From Somniosus microcephalus (taxonomy: Eukaryota), in NCBI GenBank assembly GCA_052327205.1, contig CM126214.1, positions 29,202,001-29,266,000 on the forward strand: a DNA stretch of 64,000 nt. The letters run 5' to 3'. A program made the position numbers and the translations under genes. The notes beneath the pieces were generated by a model that ran no database searches, was not told the DNA's origin, and saw nothing but the letters and a program-made list of their open reading frames with translations. Shown here in pieces: positions 12,316 through 25,019 of this stretch (its first letter is position 1; the number at the start of each line of letters is the position of its first letter).

Positions 12316-15300
12316 ACACCATCAATCTCTCTCCATCCCCACTCCCCTCACCATCTCGTCGTCTCCCCCCTCCCCTCCATGCCCTATCTCCATCTCTGCA
12401 TTCCTTCTCTGTCTCCCTCCTTTCCTTTTCTCTCTCCTTCCCCCCCCCCCCCCCCTTTGCTTTACTTCTGTCCCTCTCTTGCAATTTCCTTTTTCTCCAC
12501 TTACTGTTTTTGTTTCGAACATCTTGCTCCTGTTTGTCTCTGGAACACTCTATCCCACTTAATTACTGCAGCACTCCTGCTGCCTCACAGAAGTCCAGAG
12601 TGGGCCATCAGAACTTCAAAAATACATCCGTGCTGGAGGCTGACTTTTTTTTAAACTGCATCTTCTGTTGGGATTTCTGATTTGTACGCGACAGCCAATC
12701 AGGAGGAACCAAAATAGTTTTATTCATTATTGCTTCTGGTCCTCCCAGCCTTTGCCTCGTCCCACTTCATATCCCACAGCTGAGAACTAGTTGTCAAAGT
12801 GCAGAATACAAATATTTGATATAAATAATGGTTTATAATCTCCAGGTTTGAATGTTGTGAAGGCTAATTTTAATGTTCTTCCAGAATATTTTATGGCACC
12901 TGTACTATTTCCACTGTGGGAATTTTTGTATATATTTTCATTCTAGAAAAGGACGTTCATGCAAGAAGTATTTGATTGTCACTAAATAGTTCATTTGTGT
13001 TTGGATCACATGAAGTACTTGGATACAGCCTGGGTTGTCTTAGTGAATTCATTTTTTTTACAAATGTTCTCCTCCCCTTGATCCTAGGAATTGTTTTACC
13101 ACTGGAGTTAACCCAGTACTTTGGACATGCAGAGGAGGCATTAAAAGTTTGAGATATGCAATTCGCCTCAACCATTGTTGTGCAACATGTTGCATGATGA
13201 CCACCACAAGATGAAAATGAGGCTTTTCAGGCTTTCTTTAAAAATTGCTACTGTGACAGTAGCTAACTAAAAGACCAGTCCAATGTTGTTCAATTTCCAG
13301 ACAGTACACTTATTATGTAAAATTTGTTATGGTTTCTAATATTCTAAACTATCCAGTATTGGGATAGATTATAAAACAATTGTGCAGTATCAAAAAAGTG
13401 TATCATTGCTGTATTACGTTTTATATGCGACAATTAGTATTTGAAACATGCATATGGATGTCAGTGGCCCTTTTCAGATTGGTTTAGGGCTCATTCTTCC
13501 TTGCTATTTAAAACTTCCAATGCGCCAGTGGTAGAATGCAATCCTTTCACCTCCATTTCAGGTCAGATCCAACCAGGTCAATGGGGTGAAAGGTCTCCTC
13601 TTCCTACCTACTTTGGGGGGGGGGGGGAGAAGAGCTTGTAAAGAGAAAATAATAGAATTATTGTTCAATATGAAAACAAATTTGGGTGTGACAGAGCTTA
13701 GTTGCTAATTGACAAATGACAAAAAAAAAATTGTTGGGATATTATGTATTGCTAAAATGAAAGTTAGTATTGGGAAAGATATTGGTTTGAATTAAACTAC
13801 AGATCTTTTCATAAATCTCTACAATAAATGACAATTCAATATTTGTATATGCAACTTTGAAGTCCTGAAACTGAGCTTTATCTCAGTAATATTTAATAAT
13901 TTAGCCTAACACTATAACAAGATTATTTAAAGCACAAAACAAGGGTAAAATCTAAACATGGAAGTACATGAGTTGAGGAAGAATACTTCACTTTCCCTGT
14001 TTTGAAATTATTGGAAGTACAGTTTGAAAGTGTAACTATATTGTTTCTAAATAGAAATTTAATTTTTTTTGTCTCCAACAGTGAGCCATTTTACTGGAAA
14101 AACCTTTACGAAAATAATCATTTAAACATTCCATTCTCTTTATAAAAAAAAAAGTTACTGCTTTTATGGATGAATTTCAATCTTCAACTAAATGTATATT
14201 CATATTTTGCCTCCTGGAGTTATTATTTCTTCTATGACCTTGGATCATCTCTATCTGCGTACCATGCAGCATGCCACCTGGTGCCTTTTCCTTATAAAGC
14301 CTAGAGTCATTGAGATTGTACCATGTCTCCCACTCCCTCTAATTTTAAAAGGTTTTAATTTCCATTTTTTTCCCAAATCCCAAAATAGATGGACAAATTG
14401 GAATTTGTCTTGTGCCAGGAGACTCTAGTTTCTCTGGGGTGTTTTGGTAATGCTATCCAATGTGGGGAAAACTGCAAGTTTGTTTCCAAATTCCACCCTG
14501 CAGCTATTGTTAACTACATATGCTTCCAAGAAAGTAGTGAGCTGGTTATAGCTATTCCTGGGGACAATTCAATTGGCAATCGGTTGTGAAAGTTTCTGTT
14601 GCTCCAATAGAATGCAAGGTCCCATTTTTAATTTAGCAGGTGTGTATGAGTAATAGATAAAAAGACACATTAATAGATGCTTTCCCGGGCCTTCGACTAA
14701 AAATATTGCACCCTTCAGTTTTTCAGAGATGCGGTTAGAACTTGCTAGCATTGGTTTCTGTGTAGCCAAATCTTGAAAGATTTTAATTTGCTCTTTCAGA
14801 TACGAAAGTCACTCAGACAAGATTGTTTCATCTCTTGCACCCTGTAGAAAGTGCCCTATTGGACATCAGATTAGCATGTTCCTGTGAGGAAAATGCTAAG
14901 CTATTTAGAACTTTTAAAAAGCCTTCAAGTATTTTATTTCAAGTAGTTTTTAGAATAACTTTTATAAATTTCTGGCTCGTACCCTAACTTCCACTTTTCT
15001 TGCTGTGTAGCAATTTCTCCATGTGACACCTTCAGTTGTTCCCACCACCCTTCCCCCCCCCCCCCCCCTAACAATCACTTGGCATTGCTTTTGCTGTATT
15101 AACTTTTATAAAGGCCACAAGGAAAAAATAAGTATGCTTCCAAGAAAGTAAATTGGAGGTGTGTTATATATGCAGGTTTTTTTTTAACGGCACTAAAGTT
15201 TGTATCAATATGAAAACAAACTTTGAACTGGGCATGCGATGTTTTCGGTTGTAGGAAAGATACACTGCAGAATAAAAATGTTTAAAAAGAAAACCAAAAT

Positions 15301-15507
15301 CTTCTGTTGAATCTCCACATACAAGAGGGAAAGAAACTACTAGGCTAAACCCTCTTTGTTTGGTGCCAGATTGACCGTGTGACCTTTTGCTCACTACCAT
15401 AGTGTATATATGTATCTTATTTTCTCAACTTTGCGTGATGCTGGTGCTTAGTTTCAGACTTTGCGGATGGTACACTTCATGTTCTCTGGATATATCACAG
15501 CCAATAA

Positions 15508-15792
15508 GAAAGACTTGCATTTATATAGCACCTTTCACAACCTCAGGATGTGCCCAAAGCCCTTTACAGCCAATGAAGTACTTTTGAAGTGTAGTCACTA
15601 TTGCAATGTAGGAAACGTGGCAGCCAATTGTGCATAGCAAGCTCCTGCAAACAGCAATATGATAATGACCTGTTTTACTGATGTTGATTGAGGGATGAAT
15701 ATTGGCCAGGACACAGGGATAACTCCCCTGCTCCTCTTCGGCATAGTGTTATGGGATCTTTTACGTCTACTTGGTTTAACGTCTCATCCAAG
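15508..15792 (-). mobile_element. Deu-type SINE copy (5'-truncated)
   Basis: Reverse complement matches the 11.9-kb SINE core and tail. Further decayed copies at about 20985-21360, 35350-35680 and 49815-50190 (minus) and 41145-41300 (plus). Confidence 0.7.
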
Positions 15793-15824
15793 AGAGTTTT
15801 TCATATTAAGTTTCTTCTAAGAAC

Positions 15825-16447
15825 ATAAGGTCTCTGTACCTAAGGAAGGATATACTTGCCTTAGAGGGTGTGCAATGAAGGTTCACTAGATTGATTCCTG
15901 GGATGAGGGTTGTCCTATGAGAAGAGATTGAGTGGAATGGGCCTATACTCTCTGGAGTTTAAAAGAATGAGAGGTGATCTCATCGAAGCCTATAAGATTC
16001 TGAGAGGGCTTGACAGGGTAGATGCCGAGAAGCTGTTTCCCCTCGCTGTAGAGTCTAGAATTAGGGGTCATCCATTTAGGACTGAGGTGAGGAAAAATTT
16101 CTTGAGAGGATTGTGAACAATGTTTCCTATAAGCTGTATGGCCACGAAGCATTCAAGGTCCCACACAGCCGGTGAGCTAAGGGAGCATTGCTTGTGAATC
16201 TTTGGAATTCTCTACCCCAGAGGGCTGTGGATGCTCAGTCATTAAGTATGCTCATGGGCGAGAGCGATAGATTTTTGGACTCTGAAGGAATATGGGGATC
16301 GGTTGGAAAAGTGGAGTTGAGGTTGAAGATGGGGATCGGTTGGAAAAGTGGAGTTGAGGTTGAAGATCAGCCACTATTTTCTGGAATGGAGGAGCAGGCT
16401 CAAGGGGCCATATGGCCTACTCCTGCTCCTGGTTCTTACGTTCTTTG
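15825..16447 (+). mobile_element. CR1 LINE 3' fragment (with nested MITE and a short internal tandem duplication)
   Basis: YEKRLSGMGLYSLEFKRMRGDLIEAYKI..., followed by a CR1-type 3' tail similar to the 45.3-kb element. Confidence 0.88.
16118..16190. mobile_element. hAT-type MITE (73 bp) nested in CR1
   Basis: TIRs CAATGTTTCCT / AGGGAGCATTG; TSD ATTGTGAA / CTTGTGAA. Confidence 0.75.
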
Positions 16448-16459
16448 AAGAAACTTACT

Positions 16460-17202
16460 GGCCCAGAAACTAGGTTCGGGGGCGTGCCGCACGTGCAAGC
16501 CCCCGATGTGCACTTACCCGGCGTGCCGACAGCTGAAGCCTGGGCCTGCTTGGAATTCCTGTCACTGGCCCGGTTCAGCTGTCGGCGCGCTGTGCTTGCC
16601 TGATCCAGCGGCGTAGTTAGTTCGATGTGCCGGCTGGGATCAGGTGAGCACTGGGCAGCCAATCAGGGGAGGGAAAACTTCATGAGTTTGATAGTAAGAA
16701 CTGTCAAACTCATGAAAACTACGGGCGCCCAAAACACTACTTAAACTTTAAATAAATTTTTTAAAAACATCCCACTAATTAAATGAACTATAAATAACTT
16801 TTAAAAACTATTTTAAACAATCAATCAAATTTTTGAAAATAATTTTTTTTTTTTTTAAGAAATGGGTCTAAAAATACACTTACCTTACTGTAAAGTCCTT
16901 AAAAACAATAAAGCTGTGGGAAAAAATGTTATTTTAAATAATAGACCACTTACCTTTAAAGAATCAAGTCCTTACGTCTCCTTTTTACATTTCTAAAAAG
17001 TTGAGGCCCTTACACACGGGCAAACCTGTCAAAAAGAAGGAAGTTCAACGCGTGCGCGCAGAGTCCTGCGCGCATGCGTTGGAGTCTGAACCCCTTGGAG
17101 GAAATGCCGGTTTCCCGCGCATGCTGAAATCCGGCACTTCCAACGGGCCCACGCGTGAGTACCCCGTCCGTACTCACGCGTTGGGACCGGAATTATTGGC
17201 CC
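16460..17202. mobile_element. MITE of the same terminal type
   Basis: ACT|GGCCCAGAAA ... AATTATTGGCCC|ATT; GC-rich ends and AT-rich middle. Confidence 0.6.
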
Positions 17203-17562
17203 ATTGTTCATGTCCTCAGGATATCACAGCCAATGTTCAATGTAAGTTCTTTATTTAGAATTGATGAGTGAAATTGTTCAGGGATAAGATCTCTAATGAA
17301 ATTTATGCATATTTTCTTTTTGTAAATTTCTTTTGGGCCCAATTCACATTTGGATTTCCTGTTGTTCTGCCTTCATGTAGGTGATCACCGGTTGTGTATG
17401 TGCTACTGTTGCCACTTTGAGAGAAAGCAGAAACTGAAATGGAAAAAGAAACGAGATTTGACAACATGAAAAATTCAAAGACTCTTGGGTTGCAGCATTT
17501 GCTGTGGCTCAGCCCACTCTAGATGGGGAGCAGCATTGCTAACGTCACAGGCATGAATCTTC

Positions 17563-18900
17563 CAACAACAACAACAACTTGCATTTATGAAACGCCTTTA
17601 ACATCGGAAAATGCCCCTAGTATTTCACAGGAACGTAATCAGACAAGAATTGACACCAAGCCAAGAAGGAGAGATTGGGGTGACTAAATGTTTGGTCAGA
17701 GGTAGATTTTAAGAAAGGTCTTAAAGGGGGGAGGGGTTTCGGGAAGGAATTTCAGAGCTTGGTGCCTAGATAGCTGAAGGCACAGCTATCAATTGTGAAG
17801 CGGAGTGAGTGGGAGATGCATGCGGGGGCAGAATTGGAGGATTATGAAGTTCTAGGAGGGCTGAAGGGCTGGATGAGGTTAAAGAGCTGGGGAGGAGCAA
17901 GACATTGAAGGGATTTGAACACAAAGATGAGAATTTTAAATTTGAGGTGTTGGTGGACCAGGAGTCAATGTAGGGCAGTGAGCACAGAGTTGATGGTGAG
18001 CGGGACTTGTCATTGGTTAGGATAGAGGCAACAGAGTTTGGGATGAGCTCAAATTTATGGAAGCTGGGAGGCTGGCCAGGAGAGCATTGGAATAATCAAG
18101 TCTGGAGGTAGCAAAAGCATGAATGAGGGTTGCAGCAGCAGACAAGCTGAGGCGGGTAAAAGTACACAGTCTTTGCAATGCAGAGGATATGGGGTCAGAA
18201 GCTCCGCTCAGGGTCAAATAGGACGTCAACTTGCGAATAGTCCAGTTCAACCTGAGCTAATGGTCAGATGGAATCGATGGCAAGGGAACAGAGTTTGTGA
18301 TGGGGACTGAAGACAATGGGTTTGGTGTTCCCCATGTTTAATTAGAGGAAACTGCCGCTCATCCAGGTCTGGTCAGACGAGCAGGCTGACAACACAGGCA
18401 GTGGGCGAGATCAAGAGATGTGGTGAGCAATGTTCCCTTTAAGATGCGTGTCACTCTGGAGCTCCCGTGCAGCCGGCTCACTGGCTTTTAAATGGGAAAA
18501 CCGCACATGCGCAGAATTTTGAATAGGCCAGTTAAAGGGGCCGCATAGCCCAATGAAACATTAGAGGGAACATTGGTGGTGAGGTGTAAGGACTTTGGAG
18601 AGGAAAGGGAAGGTTGGAGATGGGGGCGGTATTTTGCAAGAACGGGGTTTATATGAGTTTTTTTGATGAGGGTTGATGGCAGATTTAGAGAGACTGTACA
18701 GTACCTGAGGAATGGTAACCATGTACAATGTTGGTGGGCTAGCCTAGGGGTTATGAAGAGAAGTTGGGTGTTCCGTATTAGTGAGAATAAGGTTGAGAGA
18801 GCAGGTACTGCGTCTTATGGATGAGATGAGCTCGGAGAGGTTATGAGGGCAGATAGGAGAGAAATTACAGACCGATGCTGTTTCAGGTCTAGGTATGGGG
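17563..18900 (-). mobile_element. L2 LINE fragment with (CAA)n tail, interrupted by a hAT-type MITE
   Basis: TLIHAFATSRLDYSNALLASLP is the L2 C-terminal motif; tail acaacaacaacttgcattta. Confidence 0.8.
18428..18575. mobile_element. hAT-type MITE nested in L2
   Basis: TIRs CAATGTTCCCT / AGGGAACATTG; perfect 8-bp TSD GTGGTGAG. Confidence 0.85.
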
Positions 18901-19235
18901 GAACCTGCAGCACATCGCCAGTCTCCACTGTTGTCTGGAATAGAGTGATGACTTAGAGTAGGCAATTGGAGCTGGTGGCTGAGAAAGGAAGTGCAAGTGT
19001 ACAGTGCAGTTTTCATCAGAGATGGTTGGCGATAAAGCACAACAGGTCACATTGATGGGTTCAGTTTCTTGCAAAGTGCTTTTTGGTGGGCTGTAGTTGC
19101 AGTGTCCAGACATGCTAGTGTGTTATGTTTGAAACTTGTGGCTCTCGTCAGTATACAATTTTCTTGGTTCTTGAACTTTGCTTGTTTGAGTGGTATAAGA
19201 AAGTAAATCCAGAATATTACTTCAAGGTAAGCCAA

Positions 19236-19600
19236 GACTCTCAAGATTCTGAAGGGGATTGACAGGATAGACGCTGAGAGGTTGTTTCCCCTGGCTGGAG
19301 TGTCTAGAACTAAGGGGCACAGTCTCAGGATAAGGGGTAGGCCATTTAAGACTGAGATGAGGAATTTCTTCACTCAGAAGGTTGTGAATCTTTGGAATTT
19401 TCTGCCCCAGAGGGCTGAGAGTGCTGAGTTTTGAGTATATTCAAGGCTGAGATAGATAGATTTTTGGACTCTAGGAATCAAGGGATATGGAGATCGGGCG
19501 GGAAAGTGGAGTTGAGGTCGATGATCAGCCATGATCTTATTGAATGGCGGAGCAGGCTTGAAGGGTCGTATGGCCTACTCCTGCTCTTGTTTCTTATGTA
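19236..19600 (+). mobile_element. CR1 LINE 3' fragment
   Basis: Same C-terminal coding and 3' tail motifs (GATCAGCCATGATCTTATTGAATGGCGGAGCAGGC...TTCTTATGT). Confidence 0.88.
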
Positions 19601-20575
19601 CTTAAGACAATGTAACAGGCCAGAACTTGTGGAAAATGAATTTTAGGACATATGCTAGAAGAACTTCTGTGACAGATGTGAGGTGTGTCCTGATTCAGAT
19701 TTTTTTAATGTATTATTTTTTTATTGTGTGCTTTATTCTGTAATTATATGAAATACATGATTTTTTTCTGAGCTGACTGTTAGGGGGGGAAAAGAAGCTT
19801 TTATTTTTTTCTCAGGCAGCAGCTGAGAACTGAGGCGTGTTGTCTCAAAGCAAGCTGGATTGTTTAATAAATCAGATGAGGGAAGCTCACACGTTTCGTA
19901 TTGAGGGGCATTAGCCTTTCGTGTGTAACATGCTACGTGTCGCTAGTTATTAAGATGGAATATATGCCTGATACCTCTTTTGATTTATAGTTTTGATTAA
20001 TTATGGAAGTACCCTTTTTTTAAATCTCATTTTGTGTCAGCTTCACTTCAAAGGAGAGAGAGAGAGAGAGAGACTAGCAGTTCAGGCTCTCCAGATCCCT
20101 TCTCATAATGTCACTATATGGGCCTGTGTAAAAGGTCCAAATTACAAAAGATACTATTTTGAAGTACAGATGAGAAATAAAGCATTCTCTTACTGCTTTA
20201 ATGGAATTGATGGCAGGAGTACTGTTCTGTAGTTACCAGTATCCAACTTTGATCCATTTTTTGTGGGCAGGCATGATGATTATAACTTGCTATTTAAATG
20301 GCCAAACAAAGATAAGTAGATGATCTGGGGTATACCTATTTCCTCAGATAGGATTTTCAGTGCTTATGTCCTATTGGGCATATTTTGTTCCTGTTTGGGT
20401 TCTAATGCCATGGAGTTTTTGATAGCTGATCTTGGACTTTAGATGACTTTTAATAAAATATGATTAACTCTACTGTATCTACAGATCTATACTTCATGGC
20501 TGCTGTTCGAGAGGAGGAATGCTGGAATTGGACCTGATGTAAACAACAAATTTGCCTTTTCCATGAGTCCTTGGA

Positions 20576-20920
20576 GCCTTCTGGGACTAGGGACAGGGTC
20601 ACTGGCAAGGCTTGGAAGCTAAGCAGAGCCAGGCCTGGTTAGTACCTGGAGGGGTGACCATCAGGGAAGACCAGGTGCAGAAGGTCACGGAAGGAGCCCC
20701 AAGGAGGGGCGGTTGGTGAGAAGGTCACGGGAGGAGCGGCTGGTGAGCAGGCCCGGGCGGTGGGCTGAAGATTGTCGGACAGGAGGAATGGTGGAAATGG
20801 AATGGCGGCGCACCGACGCAGCGGCTTTGCTTCTCCCAGTCATGGGAGCTTGCAAGATCACATTTCGTTGTTCATGTACTTGTGCAATGACAATAAAGTT
20901 GAATTATTATTATTATTATT
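20576..20920 (+). mobile_element. 5S rRNA-derived SINE-like element (SINE3 class), copy 1
   Basis: 20611-20685 aligns without gaps to the 3' part of 5S rRNA (internal control region). Followed by a GC-rich body and tail ...TGACAATAAAGTTGAATT(ATT)n. Confidence 0.8.
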
Positions 20921-23749
20921 CTTAACAACTTTTACAATTGAGTCTGTTTTACCTGACGACTTTTTCTAAGGACTTCACAACAAAGGCATTTATATAGTCC
21001 GTCCTCCACCATTGTTTTATAAGCAAACATGGCACTCAAACTGCTCTCAGTAAGGTTCCATAAACAGCAATGACATAAATGGCCAGTTCTAATCTGCTTT
21101 GGTGGTAGTGGATGACGAGTCGATGTTGGTTGGGACAACAGAAGAACTTCCTTGCTCTTTGAATGGTGCCATGGAATCTTTTACATCCACTTAAAAAGGC
21201 AGGTGCGGCTTCAGTTTAAGTATCGTTGCAAAGCCAGCACGTCTGACAATGCAACACTTCTACAGTATGGCTGGTGAAAGTTAACATCTCTGCTCGAGTC
21301 CTGGAATAGGGCTTTAACCCATAACTTTGAGTCAGAGGTGAGGGTTTCGTAACGCAGCCAATCTGTCCTATTGATTATACACTTTGGAGCTGTCTACAAT
21401 TGTACTTCTACCTGACTTGCGCATTATTTATTTTTAAATCAAATTAGCTTTCCTTATCCTTTCGCTTACCTCATCTTTCTCATCTATTAAAGCCTTGTTG
21501 GCGAATGCTGTAATTTCATTTAAATGAGGTCTCTGATCTGATACCAGTTTTTAACGGTGCGTTCAGTAGTAGAAAGTACAACTAACTTAATCTGAGCCCA
21601 ACTGAAATCGGAATCGTCAGTCTGCAACTGTGGTATTTACTTAATGGCTTGATCTGTGTGTTGCTGAGGATGCCAATGAATGCTGTTGCATGCTATAATT
21701 TTGAGCGACTTACCTGAAATTGAAGCTCAACTATGAAAATGCAGATTCTGTTGGTGGTAACTTGAGGATCTATTATCTTGCAAATTCATCCTCACCCGAT
21801 TTGTCTTCGGAGGGGTAAACCGCATCCTCCTGGCCATTTGGCAATGAGATATGAGTCGTCCCGCCAACAGTGCCCAGGAGATCGGTCATCGATTCCAGGA
21901 GATTCTTGGGCAAGCCGAGAGGGCTTGTAACCTCACAGAGGACATGTAGGTATTTACACCCTGGATTGGCTACATGCAGTGCACAAAGATGTTTTTCCCC
22001 GACCTTCCAGGCATTCCTGCCTCAGATCCTTGCAATATTATCTCAAAGTCTCGTTCCACCCTCTGACTCTCCTAATGTTCTCGTCTGTTTTCTTGCGCGC
22101 CCCGCAGCATCTTCACCCACCACCACCGCAGCCGCAAGGTGACCAGCCATGGGGACATTCCACCAGGGGCCAAGGAACACTTGACTGCAAGTGGAATCCA
22201 GCAGCGTTCAGCTGGGTCACTGGCAGCAGTGCTCGGGATACTCCTGGACAATTCTTGAGGATTAGCAACCCTAATAGTAATCCATTCTATACATTCACCA
22301 CCTGCTCTACAGTTAAATCAAAACCGACTTTTCACTCTTCCCTCTTCTAAGTTTACGGCTTTACCCCACTGTGACTGTGTTAAACATAGTGAGATTTATC
22401 TCATCTATACCCTTTGACATCTTAAATATCTATAAGTTCACTTAGTTCCGCCCATAGTCATATGATGAAATCTCCCGACATAACGTCCAACCAGTAACCC
22501 GAAACCTGACCAATATTCTATACAAATTCAATCCCTTCCTGAAATTTACTTTCTTGATTGCATTTTGATTTCCGAGAGCACACCAGAAATAATTCAGTTT
22601 AATATGACCTTGCTAAAGCATTTCTATTATATCAAAATGTAGACATATTTATGCCAGTTCCTTTCTTAAATAGACACTCGGCGATGGATGTATATATGAA
22701 ACTCGAGTAATTATCAAATACTTATTTCAAAATATGTTTTACTCGGTGCAACGTTACATTTAAGCCATTTCTAAAATGATCCCTCCACATAAACAAATGA
22801 CCCACTGACAAAGTGGGCAGTATATGAATGCGCCAATCTAACATCTCAGTGGGGTAGAATTTCCAGCGAATCTTTCACCGTAATTTCGGCAGAAGCCCCA
22901 GAGAAACGGCCGTTTACGCCATTTTGCCGGGTTTCCGCCGAAGATACAGCGGAAGACCGGGAGACATCCCGTAATTCCACAATTCAATGGGAATTTTTGA
23001 AGGAAAAAAAAAGTTTGCCAAACTTTTTGAGTTTGATAATGAAGAGCCCTGCGTATTTTTGGCCGATGCGAATGATGCCATGGTATCTTGAAAAGGATGC
23101 AATTACACTGTTCCGCAAAAACTTTCTCTCCCCCTCGCCAAACTCCTTTCGACACTGCTTCCTGGGGTACCCTGTACGAACAGATAGAGGACGGGATGCT
23201 GGAGTTGGACTTTCCCCTCTCCAACTTAACGCACCTCTGTGAAGTCCTAGTCTCAGTGACATGTTTATATTTTATTGCTTACGTTGAGTGCTTCTGTTTC
23301 ATAATTCAACTCTTTGTTTTTCGAAGCTATTCATTTAAAATATTTTATTAATAAAATCTCACTGATTGCGATATTAGCAAATACCATGCAATTGCGGGTT
23401 TTTTTTCTCCAGGATTTGTTTTCCTACCTGAAAAGCAGAAATGGCTTTGGTTAAAAAAAAAAGTTGACTTTTACAGTAGTAATAAATTATCATTTGGGCT
23501 AAATTGTGCTGTTTGAATGTGGAGCCAGTAGTTGCAGCAGTGCAGTCCAGCTGTGTTGGCACAGCGCTCTCTGCTGCAGCAAGCCCGGCACCTTCCAACC
23601 CTGTCCACAGGGGGCAGCACCGCTGGAGGGGGCACTGCTCTGGCAATGGCACACTATTTACAATTTTGGTACGGTGCCCAATGTATTTTTTTTTAAACTT
23701 GAAAATATATTTTTTTCTTTAAACGACAAATGTGAAAAGGTGTATTTCT

Positions 23750-24090
23750 GTGCTGAATTGGCGCCTATGTTTTGTCAGGCGCTGACTTGGCGCGCCTCTG
23801 GGCTGGGCTTGGTGCTGCCATTTTGCGGGTGTCGGGCAGTGGAGGGCGAGAGACGGCGCCGAGATGTTGGAGAAAGTCATCGGACCCAAATACATCCAGC
23901 TGATCAAAAACTGGTGAGGACGCGAGCCGGCGGCTGTCGTCAAAATGGCGGTGGCGGGCGGGGGGTTGTTTTTGTTGGAAGGTTGAAGCGTCCTGGCCCC
24001 GAGCTCTGGTGAGGAGCGGCGCCCGGGACCGCGGCTGCATTGCTGCAGGGTCAGCGGCTTCGGCCCGCGACTTGGAGCAGGCCCTGTAGC
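23750..24090 (+). promoter_or_regulatory. CpG-rich promoter/first exon region of UQCR11 with YY1-type motifs
   Basis: Local CpG/GC enrichment around exon 1. GCCATTTT at about 23817-23824 and CAAAATGGCGG at 23941-23951 match the YY1 consensus in opposite orientations. Confidence 0.7.
23864..23913 (+). CDS. UQCR11: UQCR11 (complex III small subunit) coding exon 1
   Basis: ATG at 23864 encodes MLEKVIGPKYIQLIKN(W), then donor GTGAGG at 23914. Resembles the UQCR11 N-terminus. Missed by the ORF track. Confidence 0.9.
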
Positions 24091-25019
24091 TGGATTAAAC
24101 TGTGTGTCCACCCTCACCCCTTCCTCCAGCTTTTAAACACGGTGTCCCACCCCATCACCACTGTTTCCTGCTTTGTCCTGTCTTTTTTTTAATTCAACAA
24201 ATAAAGTTCAGTTTTCTACCTATATACTTTACTGGTTCATTATTCCTCAGTTGGATATCCTAAAGTGTCACTGTGCTTCCATAATTATCCTAGATATTGG
24301 CTGTTTTAATTATGATTGGTATAATAATCAGTCCTGCCTCTGATTCAATTTGACCTTGAGTGAAATGCCCTCAGCTACAGAGTCTAATACTGTGGCTGTG
24401 GATTGGGCAAAGCATTTTTGATGATGGCAGTAATGAAAGTATATGCCCATAACAATTTGCAGTCTCTGCTGCGTAATTCTTGTTCAGTTCTGAGGCTGGC
24501 GTATGGCGATAACAAGTGGAGGAAAGTCACCTCCACAGTAACTGGTTATGGAGCAACATTGATTAATTCCTGTCTCCTTTCCATCTGGGAATAGTGCACA
24601 ATGTAGGAAACATGAGAAACTACAGGGGGACTTGCAAACCTATGTAAGGGCATATATTTGCAGTACTGTGTCCTGGCCTTATATTTTATTTGAAGGTTAT
24701 AATCTAATAACCATTGTGATCAGTGTATGACACAAATAGAATTTCTTGGTATAGCTTACAAGAGCCCACAGCTCAAGTTTGAATGCACTGTGATTGTTTT
24801 TAGTTGGGTAGAGAACTCGACTTGTAAATACTGCAACTCTTCTCCAGACCCGGTACTGCTCTCAGAGCTTGTAAACTCCTGTCCATAGTTCAAATAAATA
24901 GTGGTGCAAAGCCAGTTAAGAGAGGACGACTAAAGTTTTTTAATCTGTAAAACGCTGCCTGATGTGGATTGTGCCTAAAGGGAGTTTTGTAGCGGGAAGC
25001 TTTCCCTTGATTTTCGTAA

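Noticed and set aside
11696-12680. SL/ER-repeat and Pro/Ser-rich ORFs
   Set aside because: Translations of the (CT)n microsatellite, a SINE and low-complexity pyrimidine-rich DNA.
14060-19950. Isolated acceptor-like sites (about 14081, 14799, 17380, 19815) as exons of a hidden gene
   Set aside because: No consistent open frame with matching donors and no recognisable protein; cannot be supported without RNA data.
20611-20685. Functional 5S rRNA gene
   Set aside because: The 5' third is not 5S-like, there is no T-run terminator, and it is fused to a body and (ATT)n tail repeated elsewhere.
22462-22512. C/D-box snoRNA (ATGATGA...CTGA)
   Set aside because: Only about 48 nt from box C to box D, no convincing terminal stem, and no established host intron.
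23506-24117. 168-aa (+) and 132-aa (-) ORFs at the UQCR11 promoter
   Set aside because: CpG-island artefacts; the real exon is the 50-nt coding segment at 23864 in another frame.
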